Source: an uncultured bacterium
GTDB lineage: Bacteria; Babelota; Babeliae; Babelales; Vermiphilaceae
Reading direction: 5' to 3'
NCBI GenBank assembly: GCA_963702025.1
Contig: OY969699.1
Location: forward strand, 1,152,001-1,216,000
DNA: 64,000 nt
Both the position numbers and the translations under genes were made by a program. Position 1 is the first letter of the stretch. Each line of letters begins with the position of its first letter. Under the pieces are notes generated by a model. It made no database searches and had not been told where the DNA came from. It was given only the letters and a program-made list of their open reading frames with translations. Shown piece after piece: positions 37,195 to 47,800 of the stretch.

Positions 37195-40100
37195 ATGTCC
37201 CAACACTTTACCCATCTTCATTTACATACCGATTTCTCCCTGCTTGACGGCGCAATATCCGTTGAGAAACTGGTGGAATTTGGCCAAAAAAATAAGCTCA
37301 AGGCTTTAGCCATTACCGATCATGGCAATATTTTTGGCGCCGTAAAATTTTTTCAAAAATGCAAAAAGGCGGGAATTAAACCGATTCTGGGCATGGAAGC
37401 CTATATGACTGAAGATGCCACGGTAAGAAATGCTGAAAAAAAATATTATCATCTGATCATCCTGGTGCAAAATGAAATCGGTTATAAAAATTTATTAAAA
37501 TTAATTTCTTATTCTTTTCAAGAAGGCTTTTACTTTAAACCACGCATCGATTATAAGATCCTTGCAAAACACCATGAAGGATTGATCGTTACCAGTGCCT
37601 GCCTTGGTGGTCATATTCCTTCTTTATTAATGACCGGACAGAATGAAGAAGCGGAACGGTTAATGGATTGGTTTTTAGGTATCTTTGGGCCGGAACGATT
37701 TTTTTTGGAAGTCCAGCCGGAGGACCAGAAAGAACAAGCCATTTTAAATAATAAAATATTCGAATATGCTACCAAAAAAAATATTAATGTAGTTGCGGCA
37801 GGAGATTGCCATTATGCTACCAAAGAAGATCACGAAGCGCATGAAGTAATGCTTTCTATTCAGACCCATGATAAAATGGCCAACCCGGATCGCTATTCAT
37901 TTGGTGATTGCCGGGTTTATATGCGCACGCAAGATGAGATGCTGGAACTATTTAAAGATCACCCGGAAGCAGTATGGAATTCTGGTAAAATAGCAGATAG
38001 CTGCACCTTCGATTTTCAAACAGGAAAACTCTTTTTCCCGCGCTTTGAAATTCCGGCAGACCACACACAAGAAAGTTTTTTTGAATACTTATGCAAACGT
38101 GGTTTTGAAAATCTGATACGCCAAGAGCGCTTTGATCTGAGCAAACAAGAGCTCTATCAAGATCGGCTAAACCTTGAGATTGCTCTTATTATAAAAATGG
38201 GCTTTATCGGCTATTTTTTGGTGGTCAGCGATTTTATTCAGTGGGCGCGCCGCAATGGCATACCCGTTGGCCCCGGGCGCGGTTCGGCAGCCGGATCATT
38301 AGTGGCATGGGCTCTTGAAATTACCAATATTGATCCAATTAAATACAATCTTCTTTTTGAGCGTTTCTTAAATCCCGAACGTATCAGCATGCCTGATATC
38401 GATATCGATTTTTGTATCGAGGGCAGAGATAAAGTAATTAATTATGTTCGTGATAAATATGGCCATGACAAAGTATGCCAAATCATCACCTTTGGTACCA
38501 TGATGGCAAAGGGCGTGATCAAAGATGTTGCCCGCGTCCTTGGCTTCTCTTTTGAAGATTCAAATGCGATCACCAATCTCATTCCCGAACAACTCAAAAT
38601 AACGCTGGCCGACTCTTTGGAACAAGAGCCGCGACTCAAAGAATTAATTCAAACAAACCCCAAGGCGCAAAAATTATTTGATCTGGCTCTCCGGCTTGAG
38701 GGGTTAACGCGTCACGCTTCAAAACATGCGGCCGGCATTGTTATTTCACCCGAACCGATCGATGACGTATTGCCAATCTATGTGCCACCAAAAACAACCG
38801 AGTTGGTCACCCAATACGCCATGACTGAATTGGAGAGCCTCGGTTTTTTAAAGATCGATTTATTAGGACTTAAAAACTTAACACTTATTGATAAAGTAGT
38901 GGCACTCATACAAAAAAATTATGCTATTGCTATCGATATAGATAAATTGCCGCTCGATGATACCACAACGTTCACTCTTATCGGGCAAGGGAAAACTTCT
39001 GGCGTGTTTCAGCTGGAATCTGACGGATTAAAAGATGTCTTGCGCAAGTTGCAACCGGATAAATTTGAAGATATTATCGCCGTCAATGCACTCTATCGCC
39101 CTGGTCCGCTCGGTTCAGGAATGGTAGACGATTACATTGAACGCCGACACGGACGGCAGAAAATAAGCTATTTATTCCCGGAACTTGAACCAATACTTCA
39201 AGAAACCTACGGTGTTATCGTCTACCAAGAACAGGTTATGAAAATTGCATCGGCAATTGCCGGATTTTCATTGGGAGAATCGGATATTTTGCGCCGAGCC
39301 ATGGGTAAGAAAAAAGCAGAAGAAATGGCAAAACAACAAGAGATCTTTGTTGAGCGTGCCACAAAAAATAATTTCGACGCCAAAAAAGCCCGTGAGCTTT
39401 TTGATTTAATGGCCTATTTTGCCGGTTATGGATTTAATAAATCGCATTCGGCCGCCTATGCATTAATCGCCTACCAAACAGCCTATCTTAAGGCACATTA
39501 TCCGGCTGAGTTTATGGCATGTCTTATTTCCCTCGAGGCAGCAAACGCAGAAAATATGTCCTTCTATTTGCAAGAAGCACGCGACATGGAGTTGGATATC
39601 CTACCTCCGGATATAAATCAATCAGCGATCGAATTTACCCCCTTTGAGCGAAAAAAAATATTGTTCGGTCTGCAAGGAATTAAGAATGTCGGTTTGGCTG
39701 CCCTTGAAAATATTATTACCGAACGAACTACCAAAGGCCCGTTCACCTCTCTGCTTGAATTCTGCAATCGCATCGATCTGCGAACATCAAATAAACGGGT
39801 TATCGAACATTTAATTTGCAGCGGCGCATTTGATACCATTCCAGGCACCCGATCCCAAAAAGTAGCCGATCTTGAAAAAATCATGGATCTTGCCGCCGAG
39901 CAGAAAAAAATAGCTGCTACCGGGCAAATGGGCCTTTTTGGTATGGCAGTGGAAAATACCGATGGTCCACAATCCACTCATGAATTTATCTACCAACAAA
40001 TAGCCGAATGGTCAGATAAAGAAAAATTGGAAAAAGAGAAAGAGGTCATAGGATTTTATCTGAGTTCTCATCCGCTGCAATCATACAAAAAACTTCTTGG

Positions 40101-40653
40101 CTACCTGGGAATTTGTCCGTTTGATCAACTGCTTAAAAATAATCAGAATCAAAATCCTGAACATGAGCCGATCGTAATCGGTGCGGGACTTATAAAAAGC
40201 AAGCGCGAAATAATCACCAAAAAAGGTGATCGTATGGCATTTGTTGCACTGGAAGATATGGTGGGATCGGCTGAAATAATTTTATTCCCCAGCGTATTTA
40301 AAAAAGTAGAATCATGGTTGGGGCACCATCAAACATTCATTGTTAAGGGCGCCCTCGATAGCGCATCCCCAATTAAGTGTAAAATTAAAGCAAATGAGTG
40401 CATCCCTCTCGATCTTTTCTTTCAAGAATGGCCCTCGGTCCAAAAGATTGTATGCGCACTCAATGGCCCAATAGAACAAACAACACTGGAGACTCTTTCA
40501 AACAGCCTGCAAAAAGGAACAACCTCTCTCGAATTTTTATTTGTCGAAAATGGAAAAAAACTACGCTTGGCAACGCGTCAAAAGGTGATGGTTAATCAAA
40601 ATCTTTTTGATCTGTTGCACACACTCAATATTACGCCGCAGTGTATGTTGTAA
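37195..40653 (+). CDS. dnaE: DNA polymerase III alpha subunit
   Basis: PHP domain (HLHLHTDFSLLDG, TDHGN), GPGRGSAAGS, PDIDIDF, YGFNKSHSAAY, OB fold; no intein seen. Confidence 0.98.
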   Translation: MSQHFTHLHLHTDFSLLDGAISVEKLVEFGQKNKLKALAITDHGNIFGAVKFFQKCKKAGIKPILGMEAYMTEDATVRNAEKKYYHLIILVQNEIGYKNLLKLISYSFQEGFYFKPRIDYKILAKHHEGLIVTSACLGGHIPSLLMTGQNEEAERLMDWFLGIFGPERFFLEVQPEDQKEQAILNNKIFEYATKKNINVVAAGDCHYATKEDHEAHEVMLSIQTHDKMANPDRYSFGDCRVYMRTQDEMLELFKDHPEAVWNSGKIADSCTFDFQTGKLFFPRFEIPADHTQESFFEYLCKRGFENLIRQERFDLSKQELYQDRLNLEIALIIKMGFIGYFLVVSDFIQWARRNGIPVGPGRGSAAGSLVAWALEITNIDPIKYNLLFERFLNPERISMPDIDIDFCIEGRDKVINYVRDKYGHDKVCQIITFGTMMAKGVIKDVARVLGFSFEDSNAITNLIPEQLKITLADSLEQEPRLKELIQTNPKAQKLFDLALRLEGLTRHASKHAAGIVISPEPIDDVLPIYVPPKTTELVTQYAMTELESLGFLKIDLLGLKNLTLIDKVVALIQKNYAIAIDIDKLPLDDTTTFTLIGQGKTSGVFQLESDGLKDVLRKLQPDKFEDIIAVNALYRPGPLGSGMVDDYIERRHGRQKISYLFPELEPILQETYGVIVYQEQVMKIASAIAGFSLGESDILRRAMGKKKAEEMAKQQEIFVERATKNNFDAKKARELFDLMAYFAGYGFNKSHSAAYALIAYQTAYLKAHYPAEFMACLISLEAANAENMSFYLQEARDMELDILPPDINQSAIEFTPFERKKILFGLQGIKNVGLAALENIITERTTKGPFTSLLEFCNRIDLRTSNKRVIEHLICSGAFDTIPGTRSQKVADLEKIMDLAAEQKKIAATGQMGLFGMAVENTDGPQSTHEFIYQQIAEWSDKEKLEKEKEVIGFYLSSHPLQSYKKLLGYLGICPFDQLLKNNQNQNPEHEPIVIGAGLIKSKREIITKKGDRMAFVALEDMVGSAEIILFPSVFKKVESWLGHHQTFIVKGALDSASPIKCKIKANECIPLDLFFQEWPSVQKIVCALNGPIEQTTLETLSNSLQKGTTSLEFLFVENGKKLRLATRQKVMVNQNLFDLLHTLNITPQCML

Positions 40654-41304
40654 TTATGTCTTTTTTAAATAATTGAGCGCTCGCGCATACCACTCACCAC
40701 TCATTTGTTCGAGCGTTGTTAAAAAAAGCGCTTGCATTCTTTGATCATTATGTTCAAGCAAATAATCGAGCGCCACAAATAATATCGTTTCAACTTCCGG
40801 CGATTGCAACTGCAAGAGGCCGACAACGATTGCCGTATAGAGCGGCGCCACGGCGTGCACATCGGCACAGCCTTTTAACTCCTGCGCCACGGCAAATGCG
40901 CGCAGAACCATTTTTTTCTCAAGCAAATTATAGGCAAGTTTACTTAATTTACTTTGAAGACTGTGTGTACTTTTACTGCTTTTATAAATTTCCAGCAAAC
41001 GGGTTAAGTGCTTATCATCATGCGGAAGTAAAAAAATCAATTCCTCGTAAAGCGCACACGCCTCTTTATAGCGGTGTGTATGGTGATATACATGAGCAGC
41101 TTGCGCATATTTTTCAGGTGCTCGGCCATCTTGAAATGCATCCAATAAATCGCCCTCTAATTGGTAGGCGTACGCCTGATCTTCAAGCGAATGGCTTAAT
41201 AAGCGATATACTCCGAACGCTTTTTCTTTTTCACCTTTTGCAATGCATTCAGCCAATTTGAACCATGCTATGGTATATTTATCATTTGGTACATGCCTCA
41301 TCAT
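40654..41304 (-). CDS. Hypothetical helical-repeat (TPR-like) protein
   Basis: 216 aa, AAGGA RBS, TPR-like helical pattern. Confidence 0.65.
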   Translation of the reverse strand: MMRHVPNDKYTIAWFKLAECIAKGEKEKAFGVYRLLSHSLEDQAYAYQLEGDLLDAFQDGRAPEKYAQAAHVYHHTHRYKEACALYEELIFLLPHDDKHLTRLLEIYKSSKSTHSLQSKLSKLAYNLLEKKMVLRAFAVAQELKGCADVHAVAPLYTAIVVGLLQLQSPEVETILFVALDYLLEHNDQRMQALFLTTLEQMSGEWYARALNYLKKT

Positions 41305-41413
41305 CTCTATCCTTTATCTTCTCAATGAGCTTTTTTGGTATTCAACCATGCTCAGCTGATAAAATCAATCGATGAGAGTAAATTTCTACTAATGAACTAT
41401 TGGAGAAGGTAAA

Positions 41414-41659
41414 TTATTTATTAAGATTTGACAGACGGTTGCCCCACGCTGCCACATGACTCAACTCATTTTTATCAATCTGGGTTACATCCACTTCGAT
41501 CTCATTTGTAGCCGCATTTCGCTTGGTTGGGAAATCGCAACTTTTAACGCGGGTAAAAACAGGATGTGGCTTTACTTTATTCGGCTTAACAATGACCATA
41601 GCTTGATTTGTAAAAACTGAGAAAATTACGATAATCCCCAAGAGAAAAACACTTTTCAT
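41414..41659 (-). CDS. Small secreted hypothetical protein
   Basis: GGAGG RBS; MKSVFLL…NQA-M signal peptide. Confidence 0.65.
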   Translation of the reverse strand: MKSVFLLGIIVIFSVFTNQAMVIVKPNKVKPHPVFTRVKSCDFPTKRNAATNEIEVDVTQIDKNELSHVAAWGNRLSNLNK

Positions 41660-41801
41660 ACTACCCCTCCCAAAACTGATAAATACTATCGTAAGATTAC
41701 GACAAACAATTACCACGATACAAGAATTAAAAAAAAATTGTATAGTTTCATGTTTTATGAAAGCATCTGTGTTTCAGGAGAAAGGAAAAGGATAAAAGAC
41801 G

Positions 41802-41843
41802 TCCTTCGATACGAAAACTGCGTTTTCTACTCAGGATGAGCGG
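41802..41843 (-). repeat. REP-like TGAG/TCGAA palindrome
   Basis: Reverse complement CCGCTCATCCTGAGTA-GAAAAC-GCA-GTTTTC-GTATCGAAGGA. Confidence 0.85.
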
Positions 41844-41927
41844 AAGAGACAATTGAGTGAGCCAGAGCCCAGCCTACGCTTAGTGCTATTATTATTTATT
41901 TATATCTTTAAGCCAATCCTTTGAAAA

Positions 41928-41981
41928 ACTGGCCGCGCCAGGCGTAGCTTGCCGAGCCGGAAGGCCCGGATAAGCGTAGAC
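41928..41981 (-). repeat. tRNA-3'-associated palindrome (CTACGC…GCTACGCCTGGC…GCCAGTT)
   Basis: Directly follows the tRNA-Phe CCA; colinear with the sequence after tRNA-His and similar to that after tRNA-Arg. Confidence 0.8.
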
Positions 41982-42056
41982 TGGTGCCGGGGGTCGGAAT
42001 TGAACCAACGACGCCAAGCTCTTCAGGCTTGCGCTCTACCACTGAGCTACCCCGGC
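41982..42056 (-). tRNA. tRNA-Phe (GAA)
   Basis: Reverse complement GCCGGGGTAGCTCAGTGGTAGAGCGCAAGCCT-GAA-GAGCTTGGCGTCGTTGGTTCAATTCCGACCCCCGGCACCA. Confidence 0.96.
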
Positions 42057-42082
42057 AAATTAGGAAAGATTTGAATATCAGT

Positions 42083-42110
42083 AGAATACTTATTTAGCAG
42101 GGATTGTCAA
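42083..42110 (-). promoter_or_regulatory. tRNA-Phe promoter
   Basis: TTGACA-16 bp-TATTCT on the minus strand. Confidence 0.6.
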
Positions 42111-42207
42111 TACTTTTTGACCCCCTTAAGATGCATCAATTATTGCTAACGCGCCAAAGTATGATACACTGGCCAGGGACAGACTATGGTAATATAAGGT
42201 TATTCTT

Positions 42208-43242
42208 ATGCATGATATCAAAACCAAAATTACTCATTTACAAGCAGAACTGAAGGCCAAACTAGAACAGGCAACCTCTGCTGATCAGCTGGAAAAAATT
42301 CGCATCGACTATGTAGGTAGGCATGGCCACATTGCAACGCTCATGCCCCTTCTTAAAGATCTCCCGGAAGAAGAAAAAAAAGTAGTTGGCCCCTTACTTA
42401 ATGAGTTAAAAAAATGGGCAGAGCAGGAATACGAAATACACAAAAATAAATGGGAAGAAAGCCAAAGACTGCAAGAACTCAATAAACAAAAGTACTTTGA
42501 TGTAACCGCCTATACCTATAAAGAATTTACCGGCAATCTGCACATTCTCACCAAAGTGGTAGAAGATCTAGAAGATATCTTCATCACCATGGGATACGAA
42601 ATCGCCCGCGGCCCAGAAGTGGTAACCGATTATTACAATTTCCAGGCGCTCAATATTCCTGCCAATCACCCTGCCCGCGAACTGCAAGACACCTTTTGGC
42701 TCACCGATCCTAATTATTTACTGCGAACACACACTTCAACGGTACAAATCGAACAGATGGAAAAAAAATCTTTGCCACTTGCCATTTTTGCACCCGGCCG
42801 CGTGTATCGCAATGAGGCCACCGATGCTACTCATGATTTTATGTTCATGCAAGGTGAAGGACTTTTTATCGATAAAAATATCTCATTGGCAAATCTTTTG
42901 GCAAGTGCAAAAGCTTTTTTACGGGCATTCTTTGAAAAAAATGATTTAGAAATTCGTGCTCGTCCGGGATATTTTCCGTTTGTTGAACCCGGTGTTGAAA
43001 TTGATGCATCCTGCCCTTTTTGCAAAACAGGATGCTCCGTATGCAAATATACAACCTGGATCGAACTCATGGGAAGCGGCATGGTGCACCCGAATGTTCT
43101 GCGAATGTCTGGTATTGATCCTGAAATATACAGCGGTTTTGCTTGGGGGTTTGGTATTGAACGGTTAACCATGGTTAAATACGGCATTACCGATGTTCGG
43201 TTGTTCAGAAGCGGTAAAATCGATTTCTTAAAGCAGTTTTAA
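42208..43242 (+). CDS. pheS: Phenylalanine--tRNA ligase alpha subunit
   Basis: NFQALNIPANHPAR, LLRTHTS, PGRVYR, YFPFVEPG, GFAWGFGIERL; CxxC-xx-GCxxC insert. Confidence 0.98.
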   Translation: MHDIKTKITHLQAELKAKLEQATSADQLEKIRIDYVGRHGHIATLMPLLKDLPEEEKKVVGPLLNELKKWAEQEYEIHKNKWEESQRLQELNKQKYFDVTAYTYKEFTGNLHILTKVVEDLEDIFITMGYEIARGPEVVTDYYNFQALNIPANHPARELQDTFWLTDPNYLLRTHTSTVQIEQMEKKSLPLAIFAPGRVYRNEATDATHDFMFMQGEGLFIDKNISLANLLASAKAFLRAFFEKNDLEIRARPGYFPFVEPGVEIDASCPFCKTGCSVCKYTTWIELMGSGMVHPNVLRMSGIDPEIYSGFAWGFGIERLTMVKYGITDVRLFRSGKIDFLKQF

Positions 43243-43243
43243 T

Positions 43244-44089
43244 ATGAAAATAACAAAGGTAATTATCCCGGCGGCAGGATGGGGAACACGATTTTTGCCT
43301 TTCACCAAAGCAGTGCCCAAAGAGATGGTACCGCTGTTGAATAAACCGGCGATTCAGTACATTGTGCAAGAAGCGGTTGATTCTGGGATAAATAACTGCA
43401 TTGTGATAACGTCTGCCCATAAACAGGCGCTTATTAATTACTTTAGTCCGCAACCAGCACTTGAGGGTTTTTTACAAGAAAAAAATAAACTTTCATTACT
43501 TACTGGGTTACAAAATCTGTGCAATTCAGTAACCATGGGCTATATCATACAAGAAACAGCGCTCGGTTTAGGTCACGCGGTTGGCCTTGCCAAAAATAAG
43601 ATCACTGATGATTATTGTGCCGTTATGCTGCCCGATGACATTATGGTGAGTACCCCCCCGGCACTCGCGCAACTGATAACAATTGCGCAAACCTACAAAG
43701 CAAGCGTTATTGCCGTGCAAGAAGTGCCTGATAATGCCGTTTCTTCCTATGGCATTGTTGCGATAAAAAAGCAGATTGAGCCCGGGATTTTTGAGGTTAG
43801 TAGCGTTGTTGAAAAACCCACGGTGGCAAATGCGCCGTCACGGCTTGCTATTATTGGCAGATACATACTTTCTCAAAAAATATTTAAAGCACTAGATGAA
43901 CTTAAACCGGCAGCAAACGGTGAAATACAGTTAACCGATGCAATCGCTTCATTAATCGCCAGCGGTGAAAAAGTCCTTGCCTACACGGTACAGGGAACTC
44001 GGTACGATGTAGGAACTCCTCACGGCTGGCTCACTGCCAATAGGGACATGGCACGTCACAATCCAGCATTTTCAGATATTTTCGAATAA
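43244..44089 (+). CDS. galU: UTP--glucose-1-phosphate uridylyltransferase
   Basis: IPAAGWGTRFLPFTKAVPKEM, LGLGHAV, VVEKP, GEIQLTDAI. Confidence 0.93.
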   Translation: MKITKVIIPAAGWGTRFLPFTKAVPKEMVPLLNKPAIQYIVQEAVDSGINNCIVITSAHKQALINYFSPQPALEGFLQEKNKLSLLTGLQNLCNSVTMGYIIQETALGLGHAVGLAKNKITDDYCAVMLPDDIMVSTPPALAQLITIAQTYKASVIAVQEVPDNAVSSYGIVAIKKQIEPGIFEVSSVVEKPTVANAPSRLAIIGRYILSQKIFKALDELKPAANGEIQLTDAIASLIASGEKVLAYTVQGTRYDVGTPHGWLTANRDMARHNPAFSDIFE

Positions 44090-44094
44090 AAACA

Positions 44095-44133
44095 CCCTAC
44101 GATACGCGTTAAACCGCTACTCAGGGCAAACGG
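44095..44133 (-). repeat. REP-like TGAG/TCGAA palindrome (diverged)
   Basis: Reverse complement CCGTTTGCCCTGAGTA-GCG-GTTTAA-CGC-GTATCGTAGGG, 5 bp after the galU stop. Confidence 0.75.
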
Positions 44134-44201
44134 ATCTCATAATTATTGCAATTTGAATATTTTTCATGATACTCTCTACAGTGAACATAGGGGAGCGGAT
44201 C

Positions 44202-44417
44202 ATGAAAATAGTAAATTTTGGTTTAATAATTAGTTTAATAATTTCAGTTGTATCATACGGTTGTCCAACATGCGTGGGGAAAATAAAGGCCGAAAGTTTA
44301 GCTTTTTTTTCTAACGATTTTTATCAACCAAACCAACCAATACCGCGCGAAAACAAAGAACAAGTTGGCCATAAAGAACTCAAAAAAATATTCACCAAGA
44401 AGGAGGTTCGCCAATGA
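44202..44417 (+). CDS. Small secreted protein with CPTC motif
   Basis: GGGGAG RBS; signal peptide followed directly by CPTC. Confidence 0.6.
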   Translation: MKIVNFGLIISLIISVVSYGCPTCVGKIKAESLAFFSNDFYQPNQPIPRENKEQVGHKELKKIFTKKEVRQ

Positions 44418-44668
44418 AGTTGCAACTCTTTTTGTTATTATTGATTTCGTTTGATATCTATGCTTCTTTCGGTTGCATGGATTGCAGTTGGCATATGCAA
44501 CAGAGATACGACAACAAAGAATACCATGTTGTTACTCGTGCAATGGGCAAACATGAAACATGTTGCCCCTGCCCGTGCAGAAAACTCAGTTTAAGCCGCG
44601 GCGAATGCCAAGACTGCCACCATTACCATTATGTGCAACCATGGGTAATAATTAGATATAAAAAGTAA
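44414..44668 (+). CDS. Small secreted Cys/His-rich protein
   Basis: AAGGAGG RBS, ATGA overlap; CMDC, CCPCPC, CQDCHH. Confidence 0.7.
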   Translation: MKLQLFLLLLISFDIYASFGCMDCSWHMQQRYDNKEYHVVTRAMGKHETCCPCPCRKLSLSRGECQDCHHYHYVQPWVIIRYKK

Positions 44669-44671
44669 CTA

Positions 44672-47050
44672 TTATTTCTTATACCGCATTAAAAATGGCA
44701 CTATCGCATCAGGATTTAATGAAACTGATTCAATGCCCAGTTCAATAAGAAAATCGGCAAGCTCCGGATAGTCCGATGGTGCTTGACCACAAATCCCGCT
44801 ATATTTCCCAGCTCTTTTTGCGCCGGCAATAGCCAGCTCAAACATTTTTTTCATCGCCGGATCCCGTTCATCAAAAACCCCGGCAAGCAAGGGAGAGTCG
44901 CGATCCACGCCCAAAGTTAATTGTGTAAGATCATTAGAGCCGATTGAGATACCGTCAAAATCCTGTAAAAATTCATCAATCAGCATAACATTTGAGGGAA
45001 CTTCACACATCATGATAATGGATAAATCATGCTGTTTTTGTATCAAATTATTTGTAGCCATCTCTTCAATAACTTTCTTTCCCTCAGCAAGTGTGCGCAC
45101 AAATGGGATCATAACTTTTATATTGGTAAGCCCCATAATTTCACGGGCTTTTTTAAGCGCCGAACATTCCAAGGCAAATGCGTGTTTATAACGATCCGCA
45201 CAATATCTGATCGCGCCACGAAACCCAATCATCGGATTTTCTTCATGCGGCTCAAAGTATTGCCCACCCAGTAAATTACTGTATTCGTTGGTTTTAAAAT
45301 CGGAGGTGCGGACAATTACCGGACGCGGGAAAAATGCTGCGGCAATCGTAGCAATTCCTTGGGCAAGTGTATCAATATAAAATTCTTTTTTATCCGCATA
45401 GCCGGCCGTAATTTCATTAATCTGCCGTACCATTTTTTTATCGGTAACAATCTCGGGGTATAATAAGGCGAGCGGATGTATTTTTATCGTATTGGTAATA
45501 ATAAACTCAATCCGCGCAAGCCCGATCCCATCAACTGGTAAAAAAGATAATGCAAAGGCACGTTCCGGGTCAGCCAAATTCATTAAAAGTTGCACCGGCG
45601 GTTTTGGTAATACATCCAGAAGAATCTCTTTTTTTTCATAGGCGACAGCGCCTTCATACACATAGCCGGTAATTCCTTGGGAACAATCGATGGTAATGGT
45701 TTGGCCATTGTGTAATATCGACATTGCATCATGAACCCCCACAAGGGCCGGGATTCCCAATTCTCTGCTCACAATTGCCGCATGACAAGTTCTGCCTCCC
45801 ATTTGGGTGATAATCCCCGCAGCCTTTTTGAGAAGCGGTACCCAATCAGGATCGGTCATGCGCGTTACAATAATGTCCCCTTTTTCAACTTTATCAGCCT
45901 CCCTTATACTCTCAAGATGGCACACTTTGCCGCTCACAATCTGTTGGCCAATACTCTGACCGTGTGCCAGCACTTTAATTTTGGAAGTATCAGTAAATGT
46001 ATAATTAGTATATGAAAGCCCTTTTTCTTGGGCATGCACCGTTTCGGGCCGCGCTTGCACAATATACAGCATATTATCAATGCCATCCTTTGCCCACTCA
46101 ACATCCATAGGGCACCAGGATCCTTTTTGATCGGTATACAATTTCTCAATGGCGCACACCGATTTTGTCAGTTCCAGAATTTCATCATCAGTTAAGCAAA
46201 ATTGCTCTTGCTGCGCCGCCGGCACCGCGGTTTGCATAGTGCCTTTTGGTTTATAGACAATTTTAATCTGCTTACTGCCACGTTTTTTAGAAATAATTGG
46301 CTTGAGGTCATCACGCAAGGTCGGCTTAAATACGATATATTCATCAGGTACCACAAGCCCTTGCACAATTGCTTGGCCAAGCCCATATGAAGCATTGATA
46401 ACAACCACATCTTTAAAGCCGCTTTCGGTATCCAAAGAAAAGGCAACACCCGAAGAAGCTTTATCGGATCGCACCATTTTTTGTACCGCAATAGAAAGAG
46501 CAATCTTTTTATAATCAAAACCTTTGTCATTGCGATACACCATCGCGCGATCGGTAAAAAGAGAGGCAAAACATTTTTTGCATGCATCAATAAGTTCATC
46601 CTTGCCACTAATATTTAGGTATGATTCCTGCTGACCGGCAAACGAAGCAGACGGAAGATCTTCGGCAGTTGCTGACGAACGCACGGCAACATGAATATTT
46701 TTTTGTTGATACTCTTTTGCCAATCCGTGATAGGCAGCATATATTTCTTCGGCAAGATCGGCAGGCATCGGGGCAATATGAAATAGATTGCGTATTAAAT
46801 GGCCCACTTTGTGGATCTTATCAAGATCGGCAAAATCATGAATATCATCCATCATTTTTTCTATATGCGGCATGAGCCCATTCGCATTAACAAAATGCCA
46901 GTATGCATCGGCGGTAATCGCAAAACCGTTGGGCACTTTAACTCCGTGAGAACTGAGCCGTGAATACATATAGCCAAGCGATGCGGTTTTGCCGCCAACC
47001 AAGCCAACATCGCTAATCGTAATTTCAGAAAATTGCTTAATAAATTTCAT
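44672..47050 (-). CDS. ppsA: Phosphoenolpyruvate synthase
   Basis: VGGK, AVRSSATAEDL, SFAGQQ, QARPETVH, GGRTCHAAIVSRE, GSNDLTQL; start at MKFIKQF. Confidence 0.97.
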   Translation of the reverse strand: MKFIKQFSEITISDVGLVGGKTASLGYMYSRLSSHGVKVPNGFAITADAYWHFVNANGLMPHIEKMMDDIHDFADLDKIHKVGHLIRNLFHIAPMPADLAEEIYAAYHGLAKEYQQKNIHVAVRSSATAEDLPSASFAGQQESYLNISGKDELIDACKKCFASLFTDRAMVYRNDKGFDYKKIALSIAVQKMVRSDKASSGVAFSLDTESGFKDVVVINASYGLGQAIVQGLVVPDEYIVFKPTLRDDLKPIISKKRGSKQIKIVYKPKGTMQTAVPAAQQEQFCLTDDEILELTKSVCAIEKLYTDQKGSWCPMDVEWAKDGIDNMLYIVQARPETVHAQEKGLSYTNYTFTDTSKIKVLAHGQSIGQQIVSGKVCHLESIREADKVEKGDIIVTRMTDPDWVPLLKKAAGIITQMGGRTCHAAIVSRELGIPALVGVHDAMSILHNGQTITIDCSQGITGYVYEGAVAYEKKEILLDVLPKPPVQLLMNLADPERAFALSFLPVDGIGLARIEFIITNTIKIHPLALLYPEIVTDKKMVRQINEITAGYADKKEFYIDTLAQGIATIAAAFFPRPVIVRTSDFKTNEYSNLLGGQYFEPHEENPMIGFRGAIRYCADRYKHAFALECSALKKAREIMGLTNIKVMIPFVRTLAEGKKVIEEMATNNLIQKQHDLSIIMMCEVPSNVMLIDEFLQDFDGISIGSNDLTQLTLGVDRDSPLLAGVFDERDPAMKKMFELAIAGAKRAGKYSGICGQAPSDYPELADFLIELGIESVSLNPDAIVPFLMRYKK

Positions 47051-47237
47051 GGTAACCAAACAGAGTAAATGGGGTGTTAAATAACTCTCAGGATACAAAT
47101 GAAAAAAATGATAGACAACTCTTTTTAAAAAAGGCCGTATTTTAGCAATCTTTTGTTGACACTCAATAGGGCATCTTGTATCATAAATGCACGGTTTTAA
47201 CGCGCATTTCTTCATCGCATATAAGGAGATTATATAT

Positions 47238-47777
47238 ATGCAACTCATGGCTCGTCATAAATGTATCATTGCTTCTTTAGTCTTTGGTCTTATTACGCCC
47301 TTAGCGAGAGCAGAGGATCCCAAACCTAAATTCGACGAAATACATTTTACCCCAATGGGTTACCTTGTTGCGGGAATTCTGGGCAGTGCTTTATATCTCT
47401 ACACCCAATTAAATTACAAAAAAACTGAACCAAAGCGCGTCTACCCAAAAGATGATTCATGGCTTGAACTGTTCAAATATATTCATGATGAACTATTAGT
47501 TGGGCAACGATATTTGCCTGACCGAGCAGCAGCATGTCATCAAGATCCGGAAAACCCAGAACGCATGATCAACGAATATACCAAAGTTGAAGCACGCGGA
47601 CTTGCTGGTCAAACGCAATATTATATGGAAAAAGTTGTCTGGCCTACTGTTGTTCTTATGGTTGCTATTAATGCATTTAAACAAGCAATTGGTGCAAACA
47701 CTGATGCGTTCATTAAATTTGTAAATGACCCTAAGAAACTTGTTGAGATTGTGCCACCCGCAGCAAAAGCATCATAA
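47238..47777 (+). CDS. Hypothetical membrane protein
   Basis: AAGGAG RBS; signal peptide plus two TM segments. Confidence 0.7.
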   Translation: MQLMARHKCIIASLVFGLITPLARAEDPKPKFDEIHFTPMGYLVAGILGSALYLYTQLNYKKTEPKRVYPKDDSWLELFKYIHDELLVGQRYLPDRAAACHQDPENPERMINEYTKVEARGLAGQTQYYMEKVVWPTVVLMVAINAFKQAIGANTDAFIKFVNDPKKLVEIVPPAAKAS

Positions 47778-47800
47778 CTCTTAATTACGGAGAATATTCT

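Noticed and set aside
37195..40653. Intein or split in dnaE
   Set aside because: Length (about 1150 aa) and continuous motifs fit an uninterrupted DnaE.
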